Source: Felis catus
Taxonomy: Eukaryota
Length of the DNA: 64,000 nt
NCBI RefSeq assembly: GCF_018350175.1
Contig: NC_058383.1
Location: 19,966,001 to 20,030,000 of the forward strand
Direction of reading: 5' to 3'
Part shown: piece after piece, positions 11,619 to 22,984 of the stretch
How positions within the stretch are numbered: position 1 is the stretch's first letter
Layout: each line of letters begins with the position of its first letter
Made by a program: the position numbers and the translations under genes
Notes under the pieces: generated by a model
What the model was told of the DNA's origin: nothing
What the model saw: only the letters and a program-made list of their open reading frames with translations
The model's database searches: none

Positions 11619-11772
11619 TATCCTGTTTTATCCTTTTCAATGATATTAGAAACAAAATTATTTTCTTAATTTCCTTTTCAGATTGTCCATTGTCAGGGCA
11701 CAGAATTTCAACTGATGATTACATGTTGATTTTGTATTCCTGTAACTTTGCTGAATTCATTTATTAGTTCTA

Positions 11773-11774
<2 letters not shown>

Positions 11775-11815
<41 letters not shown>
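11775..11815. repeat. (GT)n microsatellite
   Basis: Direct. Confidence 0.95.
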
Positions 11816-11816
<1 letters not shown>

Positions 11817-12101
11817 ACGCACAATCTGTAGGGCTTTCTATGTTCTTAGTGAATATGGCTCTTATTCTATGTTCTTAGTGAACAGAGAGAATTCTAGTAC
11901 TTCCTTCCAGTTCGGAATAATGTTATTTGCATAAGGGCCCTGGCTAGTACTTCCAGTATTGTGTAGGGTAGACGTGATGAAAATGGGCAGTCTTGTCTCG
12001 TTCTTGGTCTTAGAAGAAAAGCTTTTAGTCTTTCACCATTGAGTATGACATTGGCTGTGAGTTTTTTATATATGGACTTTATTATATTGAGGTAGCTTAC
12101 T

Positions 12102-12293
12102 CTTTTTTTTGAAGCTTATTTATTTACTTTGAGAGGGGGGAGAGGGACAGAGAGAGGTAGGGAGCAGAATATCAAGCAGGCTCCATGCTCTGCGCAGAGC
12201 CCGATGTGGGGCTCAATCCTACAATCCTGGGATCAAGACCCAAGCCGAAATCAAGACTTGGAAAACTCAACTGACTGAGCTACCCAGGCATCT
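12102..12293 (-). mobile_element. Can-SINE (older)
   Basis: TSD tgaggtagcttact/tgaggtggcttact. Confidence 0.9.
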
Positions 12294-12599
12294 TGAGGTG
12301 GCTTACTTCTATTTCTAGCTTGTTGAGTGTTTTTTATCATGACAAGGTATTGAATTTTGTCAAATGTTTTTCTGCATCAGTTGAGATGATCTTGTGGTTT
12401 CCCCTCTTCATGTGTTACTATGCTGTGTAGCAATGATTGATTTGCACGTGTTGAACCATCCTTACATTCAAGGAATAAATCCCCCTTGGTCTTGGCATCT
12501 GAGTAGATTCAAGATAGTTGTTTAAAAGTCTTTATCTAGTAAGTCTGATGCATGTGTTCATGCATATCTTCAGAGACTATTTTTGGATATTTATTTTTT

Positions 12600-12716
12600 A
12601 TTTTTTAATTTTTTCAAAATTATTTTAAGTGGGCTCCACATCTAACATGGGGCTTAAACTCATGACCCTGAGATCAAGAGTCACATGCTCTACAGACTGA
12701 GCCAGCCATGTGCCCC
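12600..12716 (-). mobile_element. Short Can-SINE (no CT tract)
   Basis: gggctccac..gaccctgagatcaagagtc..gactgagccagcc; TSD atatttattttt. Confidence 0.85.
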
Positions 12717-12750
12717 TGAATATTTATTTTTTGACTTAGAATAGACCATG

Positions 12751-12752
12751 TT

Positions 12753-12832
<80 letters not shown>

Positions 12833-12834
12833 TT

Positions 12835-12874
<40 letters not shown>

Positions 12875-12876
12875 TC
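12751..12876. repeat. (CTTT)n microsatellite
   Basis: Direct. Confidence 0.97.
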
Positions 12877-13510
12877 ATAAGCTTTGTGGTCTTTTGCTCA
12901 AATTTGGGCACTTGAAAAAAGTTCTCCTTCCCAGTCTGTGCACACTGGTGTGGAAGATTTTTACTAATTTTTACTAATTAATGGTTCCCTGACCAGCCTG
13001 TGGTGATGGCTTAAGTTGTTCTCACGTTTTTTCTGGGCATGTGTGTTCCTCCTCCCTCCCCCGTCCCTCTGAATTCCCCTGGCTGCTTTTAAATGCTTTA
13101 GTTTCCTAAAATGTTTTACCCTAGTTTCTTCTCAGGGACTTAGATGTTCTATTATATTCCTCTGTTCATAAGTTCTTGCCCCCAGGTATCCATGGGTCTT
13201 CAGTTTCCCTGAAGTTTTCACACACTGTGGTACCCACCACTGCCTTCCTCAGTGTCTAACCTAAGATCCAAAGTTTCCCACCATTCCTGTCTGGGCTCAA
13301 GTCAGGTAAGACAGAAACCTGTCCCTTGGGCAGCCCACAGGAAAGGATGAATGCTGCAAACAATTTGCACTCCTATTTCTGGCTAGAGTGAGGGAGACTG
13401 GAATTGAGCCCCTTCCTCCAGTCTGCACCTTGCTCTACAGGATAAGGTATGGATCAACAGTGAGGGAAAACTGTGTAACATTTCCTTCCATTTCGAATTG
13501 GCTTCTTTTA

Positions 13511-13649
13511 TTTCTTCCCTTCCCTTCCCTTCCCTTCCCTTCCCTTCCCTTCCCTTCCCTTCCCTTCCCTTCCCTTCCCTTCCCTTCCCTTCCCTTTTCT
13601 TTTCTTTTCTTTTCTTTTCTTTTCTTTTCTTTTCTTTTCTTTTCTTTTC
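13511..13649. repeat. (CCCTT)n(CTTTT)n compound microsatellite
   Basis: Direct. Confidence 0.97.
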
Positions 13650-13811
13650 AGATTGGGTGTTTACTTCGTTGCTATAGATCTTTTGTCCAGGACTCCTATA
13701 AAGTTATTTTAGTCAGTCTGTAGTTGTTTATTTGGTATTCCCATGGAGGAAGGGAGACCAGGGCCTTCTTATCTGACATCTTGCTGACATCTACCTCCAG
13801 GGGTTAGTGTT

Positions 13812-13863
13812 TTCTTTTTTTAATTTTAGAGAAAGAGTGGGAGAGTGTGAGTTGGGGAGAGGC

Positions 13864-13911
<48 letters not shown>

Positions 13912-14032
13912 TCAAGCAGGTTCCATGCTCAGTGCAGAGCCCAACATGGGACTTGATCTCACAACCCTGGGATCATGACCTGAACCAAAATCAAGAGTCA
14001 GGCACTCAACTGACTGAGCCACCCTGGCACCC
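13812..14032 (-). mobile_element. Can-SINE (older) with expanded (AG)n
   Basis: SINE consensus; imperfect TSD caggggtt. Confidence 0.9.
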
Positions 14033-14344
14033 CAGGGGGTTCGTTTTTGAGTGCATGGATCTTTAGGCAACTAAATGAGCTTGGAGCTGAGTGGCCTAGT
14101 TTCATGTCGTCTAATTCTGTGCCTACAGACCACTGGACACCTTTCAGAGACTCCCCAGGAACAGAATCTGCTATCTCTGAAAGGAAGATGGGCAAGGTGG
14201 GAGCTGGGGTAGGAAAGACCAGAATTAAATGCATTTTTCCTAAGCCCAGCTCTCCCTCCACAACAACAGCTAGTTATATGACATGTGAAGCCAAGAGCAG
14301 ACCTCTTCCTGGTCCTTCCACTTATTAACCATGTCCTTCTCCAA

Positions 14345-14430
14345 AGCACTGAATCTCTTTGAGCTCCAGGTTCCTCATCTGCAAAACAGGACAAAGAATA
14401 CACACTTGTAACACGCTTGTAAAAATGATA
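14345..14430 (+). mobile_element. MIR fragment
   Basis: ctctttgagctccaggttcctcatctgcaaaacagg. Confidence 0.6.
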
Positions 14431-14463
14431 GTGGGGGAAGATGTGCAGCCAGAAATTTTGTTT

Positions 14464-14700
14464 TTTAATGTTGATTTATTTTTGAGAGAGAGAGAGAGAG
14501 AGAGACTGAGAGAGACAGAGAGAGAGGACAGAGCGTGAACTGGGGAGGGGCAGAGAGAGAGGTTAGACACAGAATCCAAAGCAGGCTCCAGGCTCTGAGC
14601 TGTCAGCACAGAGCCCGAGGCGGGGCTCGAACTCACGAACCCAGAGATCGTGATCTGACCCAAAGTTGGACGCTTAACCGACTGAGGCACCCAGGTGCCC
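14464..14700 (-). mobile_element. SINEC_Fc
   Basis: TSD cagaaattttgttt. Confidence 0.95.
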
Positions 14701-14880
14701 CAGAAATTTTGTTTATTTTTATACGTAAAGAAGATCTATGTGAAATGTTAATGAAGAAGAGAATTGGTTGCCTCCTGCCCTTCATTGCCTTCTTCCCCCG
14801 CCCTAAAACCTGGAAATGGTGACGCAGGGGAAGGCGACCTGATCTCCAGCTCCAGGGAGGGGGTGTTGACTGCCCTGTCC

Positions 14881-15059
14881 CAGGGCTGATCCAACAGAAG
14901 CATCTGAGATGATGGCTATGTTCTGTGCTTTGCAATGTGGAAAATCTCCAGTAGCCACACGTGGCTGTCGGGTACTCGAAATGTGGCTAGTCCCACTGAG
15001 AAACTGAATGTTAAATTTAATTTAATTCATGTCGATTTACCATTTAAAAAGTTACATGT
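14881..15059. mobile_element. MER3-like hAT-Charlie MITE (end displaced to 16226-16260)
   Basis: tagccacacgtggct..gaaatgtggctagt..actgagaaactgaat..; terminal piece catgtgactggtggctactgtatt at ~16229. Confidence 0.75.
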
Positions 15060-15278
15060 TGGCAATAATAAAACAGACCGTAAGGGTCGCAAGGGTATGG
15101 AAAAGTTGAAACCCTCATACATCACCGGCAGGAATGTAAAATGGTATAGCCACTTTGGAACACAGTTTGGTGGTTCATCCAAGAGTGAAACATAGACGTA
15201 CCATATCACCCAGCAATTCCACTCCTGGGTTTATTTATTTATTTATTTATTTTTAATTAAAAAAAAATTTTTTTTTAA

Positions 15279-15496
15279 TTTTTTTTTTCAACGTTTATTT
15301 ATTTTTGGGACAGAGAGAGACAGAGCATGAACGGGGGAGGGGCAGAGAGAGAGGGAGACACAGAATCGGAAACAGGCTCCAGGCTCTGAGCCATCAGCCC
15401 AGAGCCTGACGCGGGGCTCGAACTCACGGACCACGAGATCGTGACCTGGCTGAAGTCGGATGCTTAACCGGCTGCGCCACCCAGGCGCCCCCCCCC
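15279..15496 (-). mobile_element. Young SINEC_Fc inserted in tail of neighbouring SINE
   Basis: gacctggctgaag variant; flanking duplicate aaaaaaaatttttttttaa. Confidence 0.95.
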
Positions 15497-15714
15497 AAAA
15501 AAAATTTTTTTTAACGTTTATTTATTTTTGAGACAGAGAGAGACAGAGCATGAACAGGGGAGGGGCAGAGAGAGAGGGAGACACAGACTCCGAAACAGGC
15601 TCCAGTCTCTGAGCGGTCAGCATAGAGCCCGATGCGGGGCTCGAACTCACGGACCACGAGATCATGACCTGAGCCAAAGTCGGACGCTTAACCGACCGAG
15701 CCACCCAGGCGCCC
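15497..15714 (-). mobile_element. SINEC_Fc
   Basis: Outer TSD ccactcctgggttta. Confidence 0.95.
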
Positions 15715-16279
15715 CACTCCTGGGTTTAGACCCAAGAGAACTGGGGACACACATTCCCCCAAACACTTGCCCGTGAAGGTTCACAGTACCATTATTCACA
15801 ATAGCCCCCAAATAGAAACAACCCAGTTATCTATCAACTCTGGCCATACAGAGTTGGCCATACAATGGAATATTAAATCAGCCACGAGAAGAAATGAGGT
15901 ACTGATTTGTGCTACAACATGGGTGAAGCTTGAAAACGTTATGCTAAGTTAAAAAAAAAAAAAAGCCAAGCAAAAAGACCACATATCATATAATTCCCTT
16001 TACCTGAAATGTCCAGAGAAGGCAAACCCCCAGAGACAGCTAGTAAACCCTCCGTCACCAGAAGCTATGGGGAGCAGGGTTTGGGCACAGGGTTTCTTTT
16101 TGGGGTGATGAAAATGTTCTGGAATTGGTAGTGACCATTGCACAGCATTGTGGAGATATGAAATTAAACATTTTTAAAGGGTGATTTTATGGTATGAGAA
16201 TTAGATTTCAATTGAAAAAAAATCGTTGCATGTGACTGGTGGCTACTGTATTTCCCAGCAAAGGAAATTATTTTTCCCT

Positions 16280-16714
16280 TGCCAGTGAGCAAGGGTCCTG
16301 TTCAGGCCAATGAAATATAGGAGAAAGTTCTAGAATTCCTCTTGGTACAGTCTTCCTTGCTGTTAAGCAGGGGACCCAGGGCGAGGTGGCCCCTTTTTCT
16401 TTCTCCTACATTGTTTCCTATATTTCCTCCATTCTCCCCCTAAAATGTACTGGATATGAAGCTTAGCAAACCACGGATGCCATATTGACTCCCTAAAAAG
16501 AGCAGGCAGTACAAAGCCCACAGGCCGTGAGGATGGCGGGCGGGAAGACCGGAAACACATCGGTCTTAGGTGGTATTGTTGAGTCCTGGATCATACTGCA
16601 CCTGAAGCCCGCCCTCTTCCTCCACTAGACATACAATTACATGAGATTATAAACGCTTGTATCGTCTGAGCCACTTTGAGTCAGTTACTTGCTGCCGAAA
16701 ACATCCTAACTGAT
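16280..16714 (+). mobile_element. MaLR LTR (MLT1-type, old)
   Basis: ggccaatgaaat..gaggatggc..tgttgagtcctggatca..gagccactttgagtc..gttacttgc..catcctaactgat. Confidence 0.7.
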
Positions 16715-16950
16715 CGTTATGTGCAATCACCTGCCGTCCTCCTCACCGTCCCCTCCCCCTCATTATCATCACCATAGTTTTCCCTTAAATGTTACTTTAT
16801 GTTGAGTGAAGCTTCAGCACAAATACAGGAATTTTCAAGCCTGTGCTTGGCTGCTAGGAGGGGAGGAGTTGTCCCTAAAGGGGTTCTTTCTCCTCCCTAA
16901 GTAACTGTCGGAGCGAACAGAGAGGCTCTTAATAAACCAAGTGTTTTACC

Positions 16951-17158
16951 CAGCACTTTTTACCTCTCAAAGGTCCTGCCCACGCTTTATCTCATTGGGT
17001 CTTCACTACGACCTAGTGAGATGGTCTCAGCTGGGACCTTTACCCCATTTCAAACGCAGACAAGGTGACGTTTGGATGGAAGTGACTTGCCCCCACGTCA
17101 TCCAGCTGACGGAGGTGATGGAGAAGCAGGCACTCAAACTCGGGTCTCCAGACTTCTA
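16951..17158 (-). mobile_element. MIR
   Basis: ttatctcatt..ccccattt..gtgacttgccc..actcaaactcgggtct. Confidence 0.7.
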
Positions 17159-17959
17159 TACTAGTCGCACTGAGCGTGATGGCTTCTTTGGAGCAAACGC
17201 TGGGCGGTGGTGCTCGATTTGCATGATTTCGTCCCTCCTTTCCAGGAGGGAGGCACACCTTGGAATCTGCGGTCGTGATTTAGAAATACTGGCTTTCCCA
17301 CATTCCTTCCGACCCTCTCACAATTCCGTGACCAGTAGGTCCCGCGTTGGGGCTCAGCCAGACAGAGCACATCTGGATGTTCAGACTTAGGGACCTGAGT
17401 GTTCCTCTTCTCGAGTCATAGACATCTTGCCTCCTGGGCTCTAAACCCACGACGGGGGCTGGGGGGGGGTGGTGGATCCCGGCTGCGTGGATTTCCTCAC
17501 TACCGTGAATGTCTGCAGCCACCAAAAGGCGGACGGCTGGGTGTAATCGGTCTGGTCCAGGGCAGCACGGGCACCCACACCGCCAGCAGGGGTGAGGAGC
17601 AGCCCGGAGAGAAGGAGCACTTCAGGGTGATGCCACCGTGACTCCGCCTCTCAAATGAAACAGAGAAAGGAAGCTGGTGCCTGCTCAGTGCCCTCCATGC
17701 TCTCGCATCTCGAGTGTCTCAAGCCGTATCTGTCCCCCCGGTGCCCCCCACTCACCAAAGGTGGCCTTACTGAGAAACTACGAAACAGCCGCAGCCAGGG
17801 GCCCTCCCAGCTCCTGGCTTTCGTCTGGGACTGTGGGACGAGACGTCTGGAGGGCGTGACTTTCATCCTGGCCAACATCATCTCCCACAAGCAGCGCCAA
17901 CAGCAACAGTACCTAGGTTTTCGGGAACCGACATCCGCCGGGCTCAGTGCGCTGCTGGC

Positions 17960-18133
17960 CCCGTGACGCACTTGATCTCGCTGACTTCTCCCGGTGCCAC
18001 CGAATAGCTTCTGATGTTTTCCCCCGTTTTACAGAGGAGGAAGCTGAGACAACGTGAGGCGGCCTGCCGGGAGTCACGCACCCATTCACGCAGACACCGG
18101 GCACGTGAGCCCAGCCCCTCCAACTCTGAGCCC
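17960..18133 (-). mobile_element. MIR (GC-shifted)
   Basis: ccccgttttacagaggaggaagctgagac core. Confidence 0.65.
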
Positions 18134-19189
18134 CAGAGAACTCGCCAGCAGAAGCAAGTCCCACCCCCTGGGCGCCCACAGCTCCCATCCCTAATGCCCA
18201 CCGTCAGTGTGAAAGGCAGACAGGTATCATCCGCTGAAAATAGGGACGGGGGTCCTGTGGGCCGGGGGTGGACCGCCCTGAGGGCGAAATAAGGCAGTGG
18301 AGACGCCCAGGAGGACAAGTGACGGCTAGACAGGGAGTCGAGGAAGACCGGAGGCCCTCCTTCCCCCCAGGGAGGGTCGGGGGTAGCGGGCCTTGCCCCC
18401 CTGCTCACGAAATGCTGGCTTCCAATTCCCAGCGGCAAGGGCTGTGCCCAAATCCAACTTTCCAGGGCCTCTCCCAGCTTCCTCCAGAACTCCCGAAGCC
18501 AGTCTGTAGGCCCCGCTGGTGAGGTTGCTTTCCTGCTTTCCCGGGAGGAGGGAGAGTCCTGGTGGGGTGGGGCGGGGCCTCTCCCACAGACACACCAGGA
18601 CACAGGGGACAGAGGGTCCAGCCAGCAGCCTGGCGGGGCTCGGGTCTTGTCTGCGGACCACGAGAGGACAGGGGGATCTAGTCCCCGCTTACTGACCCCG
18701 GCTTCTGAGTCACCAATAAGGCCATTCTGGGCAAGGCTGAGAAATTCCTCGCAACTACCTGCCCACCCCCCTGCTCCGCCCCCACACACCCTGAGGGCGG
18801 CCACAGAGGGACCCTCCTTACTGACGGTGACGAGGCTGTGCGCCCAACACATAGGGAGCCCTCCATGGGCAAAGCCTGCCGACCGCCACGGCATCATCGT
18901 GATCGGGATTGTCATTTTCACCGTGAACGTGGCCGTCATCTCCTGTCTCAGCTGAGCATCGCACCTGCCCTTCCCTCTGCGCCCCCACCCTACCCCGCCC
19001 CTGCCTTGGCCCCCGCCTTGGGGATCCCCAAGCCCAGAAAGCGGCGGGGTGCGTTGAGAACAGGGCCCTCATGCTTCAGTGCTGCCTCCAGGAAATGTCA
19101 GAGGCCAGTCTGCTCCTGAATGTCACGTGTGCTGTCAGTCAGCCCTCAGACCGCAGACCGGCAAGGCCCAGGAACAGAGGCCCCCCGAA

Positions 19190-19320
19190 GATTTATTTTG
19201 TCTCACTTAATTGCCCTTTGTGCTTTGTAAACATAAAGGTTGCAGCTGATGGTCTGACAGCCAGAGTAGCCTTTTTCTTATCAGAAAAAAGATGACATTT
19301 GGGCTTTTTGCAAATCTTTC
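19190..19320. promoter_or_regulatory. Candidate enhancer, dense TF motif cluster
   Basis: TAATTG, CCTTTGT, GTAAACA, CAGCTG, TGACAG, CTTATC within 75 bp; motif inference only. Confidence 0.35.
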
Positions 19321-19399
19321 CCTCACTCCTAACAGCCCCACCCTCCTTGCCTCGAGCAAGCAAAGGGCCTAGCACGTCCCCAGCACTGGCGTCAGACAG

Positions 19400-19725
19400 A
19401 CCTAGACCTGGGGCGAGGGCCTGTTCCTCCCTGGCCTCAGTTTCTCCTGCTACAAAATGGGGGTGGTAACCAGGCGTACCTCCAAGGGGTGTTGGGAACA
19501 TTCACTGGGACAGCGCAGCGGACCGATGGGGAGCCAGAGCCAGGACCTGGAGCCCTTGGGTTCCAGTCCCAGTTCTGCCACTGGCTAGCCATGCGACTCA
19601 ACCTCTCTCTGCCTCGGTTTCCTGCCTTGTCACAAAGGGATGCTAAGAAGGGTGCCGGCTGCACACGGTTAGTAGGGTTGAATGACTTCGTTTGTGCGTG
19701 GCCCTGAGCAGAGTGGCACACGGTG
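19400..19725 (+). mobile_element. Two MIR fragments
   Basis: gcctcagtttctcctgctacaaaatgggg; gggttccagtcccagttctgccact..aacctctctctgcctcggtttcc. Confidence 0.7.
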
Positions 19726-19864
19726 AGGGCTGGACCTCAGGAACCGCCGAAAGCAGCGTGTGCCAGGGGCTTAGCTCGTGCCAAGCGCACAGCAGGGGCT
19801 GTTATTTTCTTCCAGATCAGAGGTTACCAAGAGACTCCTCAAAGAGCACTTTATTCGCTGGCAT

Positions 19865-19937
19865 TTAGCAATTTGGGGGCTTTCATATAAAGTGCAGGCT
19901 TCTGGCTTCTCTTGAGAGGCTGGGGTATCTCTGGCAT
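19865..19937. mobile_element. hAT-Charlie relic (MER103C-like)
   Basis: tttcatataaa..ttctggcttctcttga..tctggca. Confidence 0.45.
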
Positions 19938-20281
19938 CGGTGGGGCCGCTGAGTAGTGGCTCCTGCCATTACCATTAGCCTCTGTGGGCCTTTGGGTCTC
20001 CCAGCTTCCAGCCACAGACCGCTGGGGATGTTCTTACCCCCAGAGGCTGTGGCCACAAGAGCCCTTCTTTTCTCCCAAGATGCTCAGGAAATCCATCATC
20101 TCGCCTCGGAGTGATCTTCTAGCCTCGACTGACCGAAGACTGTGCCATGGGCTGTGGTCTTCTGATCCACCCCGCCACCCGTGGACTGCACGGGGTCTGC
20201 TCATCTCCCCAAAGGGCTCGATATCAATTTTCGGAGGAAAGGTTATCAAGAATCCCCACACATTCAAATGCGCCCTTTTCT

Positions 20282-20518
20282 GGGGCGCCTGGGTGGCGCA
20301 GTCGGTTGGGCGTCCGACTTCAACCAGGTCACGATCTCGCGGTCCGTGAGTTCGAGCCCCGCGTCGGGCTCTGGGCTGATGGCTCAGAGCCTGGAGCCTG
20401 TTTCCGATTCTGTGTCTCCCTCTCTCTCTGCCCCTCCCCCGTTCATGCTCTGTCTCTCTCTGTCCCAAAAAAATAAATAAACGTTGGAAAAAAAAATAAA
20501 AAAAAAATAAAAAAAAAA
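20282..20518 (+). mobile_element. Young SINEC_Fc
   Basis: A/B boxes tggcgcagtcgg, gagttcgagcc; TSD caaatgcgccctttt. Confidence 0.97.
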
Positions 20519-20930
20519 CAAATGCGCCCTTTTCACATGCGCCCACACATTAGCCATTTTAACTTCGGTTTAGTTACTAGATGGTCTAAGTCCTTCAAAT
20601 ATCTACGTATCAACATGAGATGTAATTATATGCTTCCCATTCCGAATGTAGGAAAGATCGTAAGCCATAAATATACGTGCATACGTGCATATTATCTACA
20701 CAAATCGCTCTTCTCCGTACTCCAAAGAGTTACTCACCACATCTCCACCTTTCTGGTTTGTACCACCTGTCTCAGTGGAAACATCGGCCTGACCATAGAA
20801 TGGTCTATAAGCAAATGTCTAACAATGTGAACCTACAGAATCATTTCTAGGACTCACTTCCTCCCTGAAAAAAAAAAAGAGAGAGAGAAATGTCCTCAAC
20901 GGCAAAGATCTAAAGAATTCGGCAGGTGTT

Positions 20931-21140
20931 AAAAAAATTTTTTTTTAATTTTTATTTATTTTTGAGAAAGAGAGAGAGCACGTGCATGCGAGCGGGGGAG
21001 GGGCAGAGAGCGGGAGATACAGAATCCGAAGCAGGCTCCAGTTGTCAGCGCAGAGCCGACGTGGGGTTCGAACCCACGAGCCGTGAGATCATGACCTGAG
21101 CTGAAGTCCGACGCTTAACTGACGGAGCCCCCAGGTGCCC
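20931..21140 (-). mobile_element. SINEC_Fc with small internal deletion
   Basis: SINE consensus. Confidence 0.9.
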
Positions 21141-21289
21141 TGGGAACTTGATGTTTATAAGTAATCTTCCCATTGTTAAAAGTCGGCAATTAAAAAGCAT
21201 AAAGGAGAAAAACCACCCCGTGAGCCACACGAAACACATCTGTGGGATCACACGGACCCTCTCCACAGCGCAGAATATTGGTAATGGGC

Positions 21290-21500
21290 TTGGAATGTGG
21301 AGGCAGAGAGCCCAGCGCTGGACCCCTCATTTTGTCATTTACTAGCTGACTGGCTCTGAGTGCCAACGCCGTTTAAACTGCCTGGAACTTCAGGCTCTTT
21401 ATCAGTGAAATGAAGACATGACTATTTGCCTAAAAGAGTTAGTGTTGAAGATTCAGTGAGAAAATTCTTGTACAAAGCTTGGTGCACTGCCAGCAAATAG
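21290..21500 (+). mobile_element. MIR
   Basis: catttactagctg..ctctttatcagtgaaatg..gttgaagattcagtgag..gtacaaagctt. Confidence 0.6.
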
Positions 21501-22381
21501 TTAATGCCCAGAAAATAAATGGTGGCTTTTGGAGGCTTCCCACGTGAGAGGCACATGCTTTTGCAAAGCCTGCCTTTTTTCTTTAAGCAGGCTTTGGCCA
21601 CGGCCAGGGTACCAGATGATGGCCAATCAAAACATGGGCATGGTTTGATCTCGGTCGTTTTCAGATCCTTTTCTGGTATCATCTCCGTTTTCCCCTCTTG
21701 GAATTGATTTCTCCAGGGCTGAGTGCACCGACCTCACAGGGTTTCGCTCCAGCTTCCCCTTTCCCACCACCCACTGGGCAGAGAAATGCAAATACTGCTG
21801 TTTGCTGTGCGGGGCTGCAAATGAATTCAGGGAAGACGGAATGGGGGGCTGGTGTGGCATCGCATACGGAGACGGAGAGGCCCCGGGGCAGGGGCTGCTG
21901 GTTGCCAAGTCCTTTCTTGGCATGAAGTGAGCAGTCAGCAGAAGGTGTTTTATACACTGCCCCGAATCCCTGTGAATTAGTCTGCCATTAGCATGAAAAA
22001 TATTAAGCAATAAACAGTTGCGATATTTAACACTCTCTACAGAGGCCCATTGCCACAGGCGTAACCAATGCAGACTGCGTTAATGAGCAGTGGGGAGCCG
22101 TGCAGCAGGAAGGAGCAGGGCGGCTCTGGCATCAAGCAGGCTCTGGGCACCTCGCAAACAAAACACGCCAGATCGGAGCTGCGCATGTCACACTTGGAGA
22201 TGCACGTACAGACAGGCCTCCAACATGGGCACATGCACACACACAAACACGTTCCAGAAGTGCAACCCATCCAGGCAAATGCACACACCTGCCAACTCAC
22301 ATGCATACGCACTCGAACACCCCACACTCATCCTTGGACTCACACACAGACCCAAGTAGACGGTCACACACATACATAAAT

Positions 22382-22383
<2 letters not shown>

Positions 22384-22415
<32 letters not shown>
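22384..22415. repeat. (CA)n microsatellite preceded by degenerate CA-rich tract
   Basis: Direct. Confidence 0.9.
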
Positions 22416-22418
<3 letters not shown>

Positions 22419-22732
22419 AACTTGTCTCCCGAAGCGGAGTATCCTGGCTTGGTCTGATCTGAGAGCAGGACCCATTTCCTGTCCACTTGGACTACACAGT
22501 TGGTCAAATGATGACTTCATTCAGTGATGGCCAACCTTGGTGACAGCTTATGTGATGGATTGTTAAGGACGTATTGCCAGAATAGAACATAGAACTAAGG
22601 GTACACATTTTGAGGCTTAAAGACTATGAGCAACCAGGAGAGTGTTAAGGAATCATTTATATGATTGGAGACGGCCACAGAGTCTAACACTTCTGCTTCC
22701 CTCCTCCCTAGTGGTGGAGCTCAATAACTTTC

Positions 22733-22967
22733 TTTTTTTTTTTTTTTTTTAATTTTTTTTTCAACGTTTATTTATTTTTTGGGGGACAGAGAGAGACAGA
22801 GCATGAACGGGGGAGGGGCAGAGAGAGAGGGAGACACAGAATCGGAAACAGGCTCCAGGCTCTGAGCCATCAGCCCAGAGCCCGACGCGGGGCTCGAACT
22901 CACGGACCGCGAGATCGTGACCTGGCTGAAGTCGGACGCTTAACCGACTGTGCCACCCAGGCGCCCC
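22733..22967 (-). mobile_element. Young SINEC_Fc
   Basis: TSD tggagctcaataactttc. Confidence 0.97.
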
Positions 22968-22984
22968 ATGGAGCTCAATAACTT

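Larger units (their letters stand above)
11619..13800 (-). mobile_element. L1 continuation (ORF2, then 5' region after ~12500)
   Basis: ttgattttgtattcctgtaactttgctgaattc..ttgaaccatcctt..; later part resembles L1M 5' region. Confidence 0.7.
15060..16222 (+). mobile_element. L1MB/MC 3' portion
   Basis: ggaatgtaaaatggtatagccactttggaa..cccagcaattccactcctggg..ggggtgatgaaaatgttctggaatt. Confidence 0.85.

Noticed and set aside
11836..11882. 18-bp direct repeat with 11-nt spacer (similar at 27881-27913 and 29250-29278)
   Set aside because: Ordinary microduplications; unlike 40516-40574 the spacers match no RNA I recognise
17944..18939. Longest ORF (331 aa, minus)
   Set aside because: GC-rich stop-poor sequence overlapping a MIR; no recognisable domain; G/P/S/A/W-rich composition typical of spurious ORFs
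20282..20365. tRNA-like A/B boxes in SINE heads
   Set aside because: tRNA-derived SINE promoter followed by (CT)n and A-tail; not a tRNA gene
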